Assembly: GCA_036337435.1 (NCBI GenBank)
Contig: JAYZEG010000001.1
Location: 32,001-96,000 of the forward strand
Direction: 5' to 3'
From: Myxococcota bacterium
Lineage (GTDB): Bacteria; Myxococcota_A; Bradymonadia; UBA7976; UBA1532
Length of the DNA: 64,000 bases
The notes below the pieces were generated by a model. The model made no database searches. It was not told the DNA's origin and worked only from the letters and a program-made list of their open reading frames with translations. Both the position numbers and the translations under genes were made by a program. Below, piece after piece: positions 50,527 through 59,402 of the stretch (position 1 is the stretch's first letter; each line of letters starts with the position of its first letter).

Positions 50527-51047
50527 TGCGACCCCTTAAATACCGAATGGACATGGTCCATTCTCGCCTACTACCCACTCGAGAATCAGACCCGTAGGAC
50601 GTCTGATGCTATCGAGTTCAATGCCGATAAATCGAAGCGTTCATGCTGTGCTGCTGAGCACTCCTGAATACCCCCTTAGTATTAATCGACGCGGGATCAC
50701 CAGGCAAACTTTTGCTTGTTTAAAAACTAAAAAAACTCATGGTGAGACAAGTCGAAGACAGCGCAAACCTATGTAATTGTAGATATTGTGTTGAGAACCA
50801 AGCATCGGTTTTTTTCTGGCAAATTTCGGCCTCAAATACGCCGAAAAAACCATCCTTCACCCCCGGTAATATCAATCCCCACAGATGGGTCATTGGCGGT
50901 ATATGTCGCACTCATCCTGACCTTGTGCCACCTGAGCACACGCGTGTGCATCTTGACCTTCGACGCCGAAGGTGGCACCCAAAGAGATGAAATGCGTAGA
51001 TGACGACGCAGACTACTCAATGCTCGAACAGGAATAGGCAATAGATT

Positions 51048-52187
51048 ATGGCAACTGATCACGACGCAGTCATGTCCGCATTACGCGACATCATCATCCC
51101 AAACAGCGAGACAAAGTTGGTCGATTCAGGTCGAATTAAGGACATCGAATTCGAAGACAACGAGGTGATCATCACGCTGAACATGGATGACATTACTCGG
51201 GACAATCGACACGCCCTCGAAGATACCGTCCTACAAGCCACTGAGGGGCTTGATGGCATTGAAGATGTTTCCATTGAGGTCGAAATGGAGGCGCAAGACG
51301 TGCCCACAGCACCTGACCCTGGCGTATCAGTTCATAAACCAGGTGCACCAGCCGCGGCGGTCAAGCAAAAGGTAACCCCGCTCTCAAAGATCAAGAACCT
51401 CATCGGCATTGCCAGCGGCAAGGGTGGCGTTGGTAAATCGACCGTCTCGGTCAATCTGGCCATGGCACTGAAGGCAAAGGGGGCGCGAGTCGGCATCTGC
51501 GACATCGATATTTATGGGCCATCCATTCCGATACAAATGGGCGTAGCGCAGGCAAAGCCAGGCGTCTCGTCCGACCAAAAAAGATTTCAGCCTGTCGAAG
51601 CGTACGGCGTCAAGATCATGTCGATCGGTTTCTTGGTCGATGACGACACACCGGTGATCTGGAGGGGTCCGATCGTCTCGTCGGTCGTAAAACAATTCTT
51701 GGACGATGTTGATTGGGGCGAACTTGACTATCTGGTCATCGATATGCCTCCGGGAACAGGCGACGCCCAACTCACATTGACCCAATCAGCACCCCTCACG
51801 GGTGCTGTGATTGTGACTACACCCAGTGAACTCGCGTTGGTCGATGCTCAGAAAGGCCTACAGATGTTTAGAAAAGTCGAGGTTCCTGTCCTGGGTTTGA
51901 TCGAGAATATGAGTTATTACGTGTGCGGTCACTGTGGTGAAGAAAGCCAGCCTTTCAACAAGGGGCGGACCAACCGACTGACGGAGCAGTTTGACGTACC
52001 CTTGCTCGCTCGAATTCCGTTGGACCACGACATCCAACGCGGAAGTGATGAAGGCCGTCCGGTGGTTGCCATGCAACCGGACAGTCCACAGGCATTGGCT
52101 TTTTCAAAACTGGCGGATGGCATCATCGAAAAATGTCCGTACGAAGAAAAGAAAAACGGGCTCATCAAGGGGCTTTTCGGGCGCTGA
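51048..52187 (+). CDS. apbC: Mrp/ApbC/NBP35 Fe-S carrier ATPase with N-terminal DUF59-like domain
   Basis: SGKGGVGKST, DIYGPS, WRGP, DMPPGTGD, ENMS...CGHC. Confidence 0.93.
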   Translation: MATDHDAVMSALRDIIIPNSETKLVDSGRIKDIEFEDNEVIITLNMDDITRDNRHALEDTVLQATEGLDGIEDVSIEVEMEAQDVPTAPDPGVSVHKPGAPAAAVKQKVTPLSKIKNLIGIASGKGGVGKSTVSVNLAMALKAKGARVGICDIDIYGPSIPIQMGVAQAKPGVSSDQKRFQPVEAYGVKIMSIGFLVDDDTPVIWRGPIVSSVVKQFLDDVDWGELDYLVIDMPPGTGDAQLTLTQSAPLTGAVIVTTPSELALVDAQKGLQMFRKVEVPVLGLIENMSYYVCGHCGEESQPFNKGRTNRLTEQFDVPLLARIPLDHDIQRGSDEGRPVVAMQPDSPQALAFSKLADGIIEKCPYEEKKNGLIKGLFGR

Positions 52188-52190
52188 GAC

Positions 52191-53507
52191 ATGCTTTTTA
52201 GACCCGCACTTCCTTGCATCGTCCTGGGCATGATGACCTTTACGTCAATGGGTCTGGCTGAAGATGGCGGTTCTACAAACCAGTGGAAGAACACCACCAA
52301 CGCATCTCTCGTCGCACTCCGCGCAGACGAGAAAACCTATTCAATTCTCGCACCGGGACAAGGACTGGAGGGTGTCGGTGCCGATGTGTCCGTTGCAGGT
52401 CGATTTAAAATCGACGAGTGGCTCAACGCGGAACTCAAAACAAATCAATGGTTGCCCTTTCATTTGCGTACCGCGGGTCATTTTCTTGATGCTGTCGATC
52501 CAGGGAAGCCTGGCGATCCGAGTGGGTCAGCCAACCTTTTGGCCCTCAGAGAACTCCCTGTCTCCTATCTGACCCATTGGACGAGCCTAAGTGCAAATTG
52601 GAAATGCATGCTGGCCCGGGCGTCACGGCATGCATCGGACGCCTTCATCGCAAAAATGGTCTCTTTGGTTAATCCACGCACTGACGACCGGACGCAATGC
52701 CAATTGAGAAGCCAAATTGGCGGTCTCGTCGATAACGTAGAAGCGGCCATCGAATCGAATGGCACCAGTATCAATGTCCTGCGAGCTTTGAGTCAGCGAC
52801 CCGATTGGTTGGAGAACCGTGGGCTCTCTAATCGGCTTCTTTTGAGAGCCCTTGGACTCAACGAGATAGCCCCTCCAAAAATACAAGAAACGAAGACGTG
52901 GCTCAAAGAGATGAGCCAAGCACTGGATTTGGGTCGAGAGAACCAGGCGCGGGCCGTCGCAGTACATTTTGCAAGTCAGCCAAGTCATGCCCGTGGCAGC
53001 CAAATACTGAGGCGCATGAGCTGCTCGGTGCTCGACAGCGCAGCAGCCTCGACTCGACGACAGAATCTTTGGTTAGCAACAGAGGCCTATCTCCGGTTGG
53101 CAATTAAGATCTGCGGAGACAAATCAACGATTCGAGAACGAATAGCCCAGTACTACCGTGCGCGAGCCGAAAACCGAACCGCTGCACTGGACCTGATGAG
53201 TGCGGCCGACTGGCTGACTGCTGCATTCTGGATCGCGCGAGATCCAAATGACAAAGCCTTTCTTGCAGATACCTGGGCCGAGCTAGCCATTCTCAGGTTT
53301 AGAGCAGAAGATAACTTCTCAGGGCGGCTGTTCCTCAATTATGCGAGGGACTTAGAGCCGTTGAGACCGAGAGTGCTGACCGCTGCTGAATTTAATCCAG
53401 AGACCGATCCTCGAGCCCGCGTTGGTGTGGCCATCGTCATCTTTTTTTTAGCGGTCTTTTCCTGGAGGCGTTTAAAGCGAGTTCTCTTTGGCGACCTGAG
53501 CCGATGA
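52191..53507 (+). CDS. Exported helical (TPR-like) protein with C-terminal membrane anchor
   Basis: Signal peptide; Ala/Leu/Arg helical repeats; VGVAIVIFFLAVFSWRR. Confidence 0.65.
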   Translation: MLFRPALPCIVLGMMTFTSMGLAEDGGSTNQWKNTTNASLVALRADEKTYSILAPGQGLEGVGADVSVAGRFKIDEWLNAELKTNQWLPFHLRTAGHFLDAVDPGKPGDPSGSANLLALRELPVSYLTHWTSLSANWKCMLARASRHASDAFIAKMVSLVNPRTDDRTQCQLRSQIGGLVDNVEAAIESNGTSINVLRALSQRPDWLENRGLSNRLLLRALGLNEIAPPKIQETKTWLKEMSQALDLGRENQARAVAVHFASQPSHARGSQILRRMSCSVLDSAAASTRRQNLWLATEAYLRLAIKICGDKSTIRERIAQYYRARAENRTAALDLMSAADWLTAAFWIARDPNDKAFLADTWAELAILRFRAEDNFSGRLFLNYARDLEPLRPRVLTAAEFNPETDPRARVGVAIVIFFLAVFSWRRLKRVLFGDLSR

Positions 53508-53626
53508 AAGACCCGATTTGTCGAATGTTCAAAAAGATTTAGAATCGAACGGCTGTTGTCAGGTTCATCGGGAATATGATACCGGGTGTACCCTGTAATT
53601 AAGAGTTCTGATCAGGAGGTCACCAA

Positions 53627-54124
53627 ATGACGTTTACGCCCTTCGTATTCATTCTGTTGTTACAACCGACGACGATGCCAACGAGCCAGCCAACAAAAAC
53701 AGTGGCACCCGCCCAAAAGCAAGCCCAGACCAAAGACTGGAGTGAGATCAAACGGGGCGATGCTCTGTCGACCGCGGACACAATCACCATGGATGAACTC
53801 TACAAAAAAGCAGAGACCATCGGTGATAAGACCATCAAGGTATCTGGTGATATTGTTAACGTCTGCCGCAAAAAAGGTTGCTGGATGACGCTTGGCGGCA
53901 AGAATAAGACAGCACGCGCCCGCATTACTTTTAAGAATTATGCATTCTTTGTCCCCCTGGATAGCGCAGGCGCATCGGCAATCGTCGAAGGCAAATTGGA
54001 GCTCAAATCAATGAGCACCGCGGAACGGCAACATCTGGCCGATGATGCAGGCAAAAGCATCGATGACATTCCAAAGCATGAACTTCGAATCATGGCAAGC
54101 GGAGTCAAACTGACGCGAAAATAA
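53627..54124 (+). CDS. DUF4920 family protein
   Basis: VCRKKGCWM, ITFKNYAFFVP, QHLA.DAG; AGGAGG RBS. Confidence 0.85.
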   Translation: MTFTPFVFILLLQPTTMPTSQPTKTVAPAQKQAQTKDWSEIKRGDALSTADTITMDELYKKAETIGDKTIKVSGDIVNVCRKKGCWMTLGGKNKTARARITFKNYAFFVPLDSAGASAIVEGKLELKSMSTAERQHLADDAGKSIDDIPKHELRIMASGVKLTRK

Positions 54125-54136
54125 TCGAGAACGGAT

Positions 54137-54820
54137 ATGTTTCCAATCCGAAGTGAGATTCAGTCTGGCAGAGCACTGATCACTTGGGGTCTCTGCTGTT
54201 TTCTGCTCATCTGTTTGCTGATGCAGAGTCTCATGACGGTTTCGCCAGCCGCCCTGTTCAGATCCTTCGGGTTTGTACCAGCGCGGATGACGAGTCCAAT
54301 GTCTTGGTCACTATTAGGTCCCGTCGAACAGCTGTCTAGCACCGTTACCTATATCTTCGTTCACGACGGGATTTGGCATGCTTTGTCTAATATTTGGTTC
54401 CTCGGTCTGTTTGGCGGACCCATTGAGCGTCAGCTCGGTCGACGCAAATATGTACTGTCGCTGCTTATCTTCATCATCTGCTGCGCATTAACGGATCTGG
54501 CCTTGCGACCAAACTCTGTTGTCCCGTTGGTCGGTGCATCGGGTCTAGTCGCTGGCCTGATGGGCTTTTTCCTTGTCGCGTATCCTAGATCTCGACTGCT
54601 TACCGTATTACCCATCGCCGTTCCGTTCCCAGTCAAAGTACCCATCGCCTGGTTTATGGCCATTTGGCTGAGTCTACAAATTGCCGTACTCCTGATGGGC
54701 CCATCGTTCGACGTACAAAGTGCCTGGTGGATTCATCTCGCCGGATTTATCCTCGGTTGTGTTTTTGGCCTCATATCAGCTACACCTGTCGAAATCGAAG
54801 GCGAGAGAACGCAGTCATAA
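54137..54820 (+). CDS. Rhomboid intramembrane serine protease
   Basis: H...H...N, IERQLG, GASG, HLAGF. Confidence 0.9.
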   Translation: MFPIRSEIQSGRALITWGLCCFLLICLLMQSLMTVSPAALFRSFGFVPARMTSPMSWSLLGPVEQLSSTVTYIFVHDGIWHALSNIWFLGLFGGPIERQLGRRKYVLSLLIFIICCALTDLALRPNSVVPLVGASGLVAGLMGFFLVAYPRSRLLTVLPIAVPFPVKVPIAWFMAIWLSLQIAVLLMGPSFDVQSAWWIHLAGFILGCVFGLISATPVEIEGERTQS

Positions 54821-54846
54821 GACCAAATCTTTGCTAGGGAAAGCCA

Positions 54847-55656
54847 ATGTCTAATCAAGAGTTTGATCTCAATGCAGGCAACTCCGAATTCTACGTCGAC
54901 CCAATTTATTACGACTATGAGTTCAAGAATCGAACGGATGATGTCGCCTTCTATACAGCCAAGTATCTCGAAGCTGAGGGTCCGGTTTTAGAGCTCGCCA
55001 TTGGAAGTGGTCGAACAGCCCTGAAGGCTGTGTCGAAGGGCGCAAACGTGATCGGTGTAGACCTTGCACCCGCCATGCTGGCCAGAGCACAGGAGCAGTA
55101 TGACAAGCTGAAGACGAAGAATCGTGGTCGACTCGAACTCCATCACGGCGACATGCGTACCGTGCGCCTCGAATCTCAATTCAAATTGGTGACATGCCCA
55201 TTCAATGCGTTTCAACATATGTACACTCTTGACGATGCCGAGCAATGCCTGGAGACCGTCAAGGCTCACTTGGCACCTGATGGGGTCTTCATCATGGATG
55301 TGCTGACTCCTGACTTTGAGTATTTAATGCGGTCGCCCTACAAAGCCGTGCCGGGCGTAAGCTTTCGGCATCCCACCTATAAGGCGTATTACACATACAG
55401 CGAGCGCTCGGCCTATGATCCCATTACCCAACTGAATCAAATGTGGTTCCACTACGAGAAGTGTAATCAAACCGGTGACGGACCAACAGATGTTACAATC
55501 CAATTGTCCCATCGCTATTTTTACCCTGAAGAACTGCTCATGCTGCTTCGATACAATGGTTTTCGTATCGTGGACCGGTTTGGCGATTTCACTGAGGGCA
55601 CTCTAGACGCTGAGAGTGATTCCATGATTCTCATTTGTAAAAGAGCGTCTGACTGA
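54847..55656 (+). CDS. Class I SAM-dependent methyltransferase
   Basis: VLELAIGSGR, GVDL...ML, GDMR, HLAPDG. Confidence 0.9.
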   Translation: MSNQEFDLNAGNSEFYVDPIYYDYEFKNRTDDVAFYTAKYLEAEGPVLELAIGSGRTALKAVSKGANVIGVDLAPAMLARAQEQYDKLKTKNRGRLELHHGDMRTVRLESQFKLVTCPFNAFQHMYTLDDAEQCLETVKAHLAPDGVFIMDVLTPDFEYLMRSPYKAVPGVSFRHPTYKAYYTYSERSAYDPITQLNQMWFHYEKCNQTGDGPTDVTIQLSHRYFYPEELLMLLRYNGFRIVDRFGDFTEGTLDAESDSMILICKRASD

Positions 55657-55765
55657 GGCCTGATTACTCCGACCGTCTCGGGTATGACGGGGATCAAACA
55701 GAGATTCATGAGCCGATTAAATTAGGATGTCGCGACCGGTTGAGAAGCGGGGTATGCTGCCAGCC

Positions 55766-56176
55766 ATGTTCTGGCTCCCATCCACATTCAGGCAAAGTTT
55801 ATCGTGCTGCTTATTGCTCATGTCATGTACCGTCAGCGGATGTGCCAGCAATGCGCTCAGTACGGAGGCACCCAATGTCTTGAATGTCACAGCACAACCG
55901 AGTGTTCTGACGACGGGTGAGACCACCAGGCTCGACTTTTACTACTCTGAAACCCTACCGCTCGGAGATGAGCAGCTTGGCCGTCAGCTCGATCCGAGTG
56001 AACTCGAAGCCCTGGGTATTTCAGTTCTTGGCTGGCAATTCGAGTCGGCATTCAATTTCTTTCTGGATATTCAGGTCAGTGAACAAGTCGAGCCAAAGAT
56101 TTACAGTATCGAGTTACCCATCACCAACGAGTTTGAACAGTTTGTGGTTCGATTCAATCTCCAGGTCACTCGATGA
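55766..56176 (+). CDS. Small lipoprotein, beta-rich
   Basis: VSGC lipobox; stop overlaps the next ATG; start uncertain. Confidence 0.6.
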   Translation: MFWLPSTFRQSLSCCLLLMSCTVSGCASNALSTEAPNVLNVTAQPSVLTTGETTRLDFYYSETLPLGDEQLGRQLDPSELEALGISVLGWQFESAFNFFLDIQVSEQVEPKIYSIELPITNEFEQFVVRFNLQVTR

Positions 56177-57009
56177 TGACGTGCCTCCCACTGGTGATTG
56201 TCTTCCTCAGTACACCACCAAGTCAAAAGGTTCAGGCCGCCGTCGACTGTTTTGAACAGCTCGACTATCGCTGTGCAGAGTTACGTCTTGCAGAGGCACT
56301 GGGTGGCACCCTAAGCGATACCGAGCGAGTCAGAGCGTATTTCTATCAGGCATTGGTCGCAATCGCATGGCGCGAACCGGCTCGTGCGCGTCGAGCCGTC
56401 CAAGCAATTTTCAAGATCGATCCGAACTTTGAGCCCGTTGACGCTCCCAAATCATTGACCAAACTCTTCGATGAAAATCGACCTGCGCAGGCCCAAGGTT
56501 GGATGCCTCAATTTGAATTGAGACTCAGGACCACGAGTCCGACGGACAATCGCGGTGATGCCCTGTGGTGGACCAGCAGTCGAGGTGCGGGCCTTGGAGG
56601 CGGCTTGATGACCGACTCAGGTTATTCTCTCATGCTGGTGGCAAACTACGAATATCATGTCGCCAGAGACCCATCCCTCGGCTTGGATAAATTAACCCGC
56701 TGGTCGTTGGATGTTGAAGGGGGCCGCTGGTTTTTTCAGAATAAGCTGAAAGTGGGCCTTTGGAGCCTCTTGGGCGCAAGCTTCAATCAGATGGATGCTC
56801 AATCTGAATTTGAGACGCTGCGCGCTTTACCTGAACTCGATCCGTTTTTTGGAACCGTTCTGGGCGGGGGCATGATGCTCAAGTATCAACTGAACCAAGG
56901 GCTCCATCTCGTAGGGTCTGGCGGCCTACAGATGATGTTTCGAAGCCATCGACAACAACTGCGTCTTTCGTTTCTGCTACCGGTGCAGGTCGGCATTCGC
57001 TATGAATAG
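56173..57009 (+). CDS. TPR-like N-domain plus putative outer-membrane beta-barrel
   Basis: Helical A...F..LDY..A region, IDPNF.P linker, amphipathic strands ending VQVGIRYE. Confidence 0.65.
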   Translation: MMTCLPLVIVFLSTPPSQKVQAAVDCFEQLDYRCAELRLAEALGGTLSDTERVRAYFYQALVAIAWREPARARRAVQAIFKIDPNFEPVDAPKSLTKLFDENRPAQAQGWMPQFELRLRTTSPTDNRGDALWWTSSRGAGLGGGLMTDSGYSLMLVANYEYHVARDPSLGLDKLTRWSLDVEGGRWFFQNKLKVGLWSLLGASFNQMDAQSEFETLRALPELDPFFGTVLGGGMMLKYQLNQGLHLVGSGGLQMMFRSHRQQLRLSFLLPVQVGIRYE

Positions 57010-57044
57010 GTGACGCTCAACCAGGACGGAAGGCCAGAAGCCCG

Positions 57045-58931
57045 GTGCTAATCGTACGATATGAAGGACAATCGAGTATTCCAGGGGTACCTATTCGCGG
57101 GGCTGTGACAACCATTGGTCGCGTTGCAGGCAACGATATTGTTGTCAGTGACCCACGGATTTCGTCGAGGCATGGACGCATTCTGCAAACTGGTGACCTC
57201 CATTTTTATGAAGATTTAGGGTCAAGAAACGGGTCGATTGTCGAGTCGGAGGGCGAACGAAAAATTGTTCATGGCGGACAGAAAATTGCCATCCAATCAG
57301 GCGATCGTCTCATGTTAGGCGATCGCGTATCTCCCGTGATCTTGGAGCTCCATTCTGACTCCAAACCCATATTCGACGATGAGGACGGAACAATTCTCGC
57401 GAGCCGTTCAGTGATCGCACCAACCTCGCTGCCCCATGTCATAGACGACTCTCAATCCGTTCGTGAATTGTTCACACTTCTCCATGAGCTGAGCGGTGCT
57501 GTCGAGATAGATGTGGTCTTCGAACGCATCAGCGGCGTACTGGTCAAACGATTTAAACACGCCGAATCAGTCAGTATTATGATGAAGGATGTATCGAACG
57601 AATGGGTCTGCGAATACAGTCACACCATCGACACCGCCACGATGTCATCAATCCCGAGTAAGACTCTGCTTGAACGGGCGTTATCCACTCATGAGATTGT
57701 CTCATACGTCCCTGGACCCGAACTCGATTCGGAAAGTGTTGCGGGTCTCGCTGGGGCTGTTCTGGTCCCGTTGTTGGCGCATAATCAGCCCATTGGTGTA
57801 CTCCATGTCCAAAGTCGCTCGCAGGCATTTCACGCTGATGCCTTGGCTTGGTTTAGCATCGTGGGTACACACATCGCGGCGAGTTTGGCTGCGGCGAGAC
57901 GCTTTCGTGCGCTTGCGCAATCGGAAGCCGAACTGAAAGCAAAGAATAATCTCTTAAAGAGCCAGGTATCGATGCCGAGACCTATCGTGGGCAAGAGCCA
58001 GACCCTGATCACCGCATTAACCCAGCTCGAGCGGGTCGGTCGCACAGACACAAACGTCCTTATTCTCGGGGAGACTGGGACGGGTAAAGAACTCGCTGCA
58101 AGATACGTTCATGCCCACAGTAAACGCGCTCACGGCGCATTCAACCCCATCAATTGCGGTGCGCTCCCAGAAGACCTCTTAAACAGTGAATTGTTCGGTC
58201 ACAAAAAAGGTTCATTTACAGGGGCCGACCGTGACCGGAAGGGCTTGTTCGAGTCAGCTCAAGGCGGCACTGTTTTTCTTGATGAAATCGGCGAGATAAC
58301 GCCGGCTGTTCAAGTTCGATTACTCAGGGTCTTACAGGAACGGGAAGTCCAACCTGTTGGGACCCATACGCCTGTGAAAGTCGATGTGCGAATTGTCGCT
58401 GCCACCAACCGAGACCTCGCCGAAGAGGTCAAAGCGGGCCGATTTAGAGAGGATTTGTACTATCGCCTGGCGGTCTTCTCCGTCAAACTCCCCCCGCTCC
58501 GTGAACGCGCCGGAGACATCGAATTACTCGCTGAGCGCTTCCGGGAAGCGGCATGTGCGCGTCATGACACGTGGGTCGGAGGATTTACAGAAGAGGCCTG
58601 TCGACAACTGGCTAAATACTCATGGCCAGGCAATGTTCGTCAGCTAGAACACGAAATTGAACGTGCTGTCATTATGGCCTCCGACGGCGAATTGATCTGT
58701 TTAGACGACTTAAGCGATGCGGTCGTTGGCGATCGAATCATTCCAGAAACCGGTGAGACACTTCCGAGAGGTGAACTCAAAGATGTGATCAATATCTTGG
58801 AGAAGCGTGTCATCGAACGCTGCCTGGAAGAGCACGGTGGTAACCGAACCCGAGCAGCCGAATCACTAGGCATCAGTCGCCAGGCATTGCAGGTCAAATT
58901 AGCGAAGTGGCGAGATGAAGCGGCTCTTTAA
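57045..58931 (+). CDS. FHA-GAF sigma54-dependent enhancer-binding protein
   Basis: FHA (IGR, SSRH, SRNG), GAF, GETGTGKE, GSFTGA, FLDEIGE, FREDLYYRL, WPGNVRQL, Fis HTH. Confidence 0.93.
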   Translation: MLIVRYEGQSSIPGVPIRGAVTTIGRVAGNDIVVSDPRISSRHGRILQTGDLHFYEDLGSRNGSIVESEGERKIVHGGQKIAIQSGDRLMLGDRVSPVILELHSDSKPIFDDEDGTILASRSVIAPTSLPHVIDDSQSVRELFTLLHELSGAVEIDVVFERISGVLVKRFKHAESVSIMMKDVSNEWVCEYSHTIDTATMSSIPSKTLLERALSTHEIVSYVPGPELDSESVAGLAGAVLVPLLAHNQPIGVLHVQSRSQAFHADALAWFSIVGTHIAASLAAARRFRALAQSEAELKAKNNLLKSQVSMPRPIVGKSQTLITALTQLERVGRTDTNVLILGETGTGKELAARYVHAHSKRAHGAFNPINCGALPEDLLNSELFGHKKGSFTGADRDRKGLFESAQGGTVFLDEIGEITPAVQVRLLRVLQEREVQPVGTHTPVKVDVRIVAATNRDLAEEVKAGRFREDLYYRLAVFSVKLPPLRERAGDIELLAERFREAACARHDTWVGGFTEEACRQLAKYSWPGNVRQLEHEIERAVIMASDGELICLDDLSDAVVGDRIIPETGETLPRGELKDVINILEKRVIERCLEEHGGNRTRAAESLGISRQALQVKLAKWRDEAAL

Positions 58932-59004
58932 CTTGATGATTACAGGGACGAACGAAATTAACGAGAAAAGCCGTTATCAAAAGCGGCCTACAAGGAACTA
59001 AATC

Positions 59005-59364
59005 ATGTCAACAAAACCAAGTCGGGACTTACAGTCGTTCCCAAACCCTAAACCTGAGCGCGACTACGAAATCCATTTTGATTGTCCGGAATTCACCTGT
59101 CTGTGTCCAGCGACCGGCCAACCTGATTTCGCTAAGATCCGAATTCGGTACATAGCCGACCAACGATGTGTCGAGCTGAAGTCACTCAAGCTGTATCTTT
59201 GGAGCTATCGAGACGAGGGGGCGTTCCATGAGGCTGTCACCAATCAGATTCTCGACGACTTAGTGGCCGCGATTTCACCACGGTTTATGGAGATTGAGGG
59301 TGATTTCTACGTACGCGGTGGAATTGGAACCATCGTCATCGCCAGACATGGACAACGACCCTGA
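59005..59364 (+). CDS. queF: 7-cyano-7-deazaguanine reductase, short type
   Basis: [31 protein letters not shown]. Confidence 0.95.
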   Translation: MSTKPSRDLQSFPNPKPERDYEIHFDCPEFTCLCPATGQPDFAKIRIRYIADQRCVELKSLKLYLWSYRDEGAFHEAVTNQILDDLVAAISPRFMEIEGDFYVRGGIGTIVIARHGQRP

Positions 59365-59402
59365 AATGGTGCCGAAAGGCCAAAGCCCGCGGCCATAGTT
59401 TC

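Noticed and set aside
54137..54820. Rhomboid as the sortase for the DUF2330 tails
   Set aside because: The tails are MYXO-CTERM-like rather than GlyGly-CTERM, and the gene is about 30 kb away
57681..57689. DnaA-box-like TTATCCACT
   Set aside because: Isolated, one mismatch, inside a coding region
58932..59004. preQ1 riboswitch before queF
   Set aside because: No matching stem-loop plus A-rich tail visible
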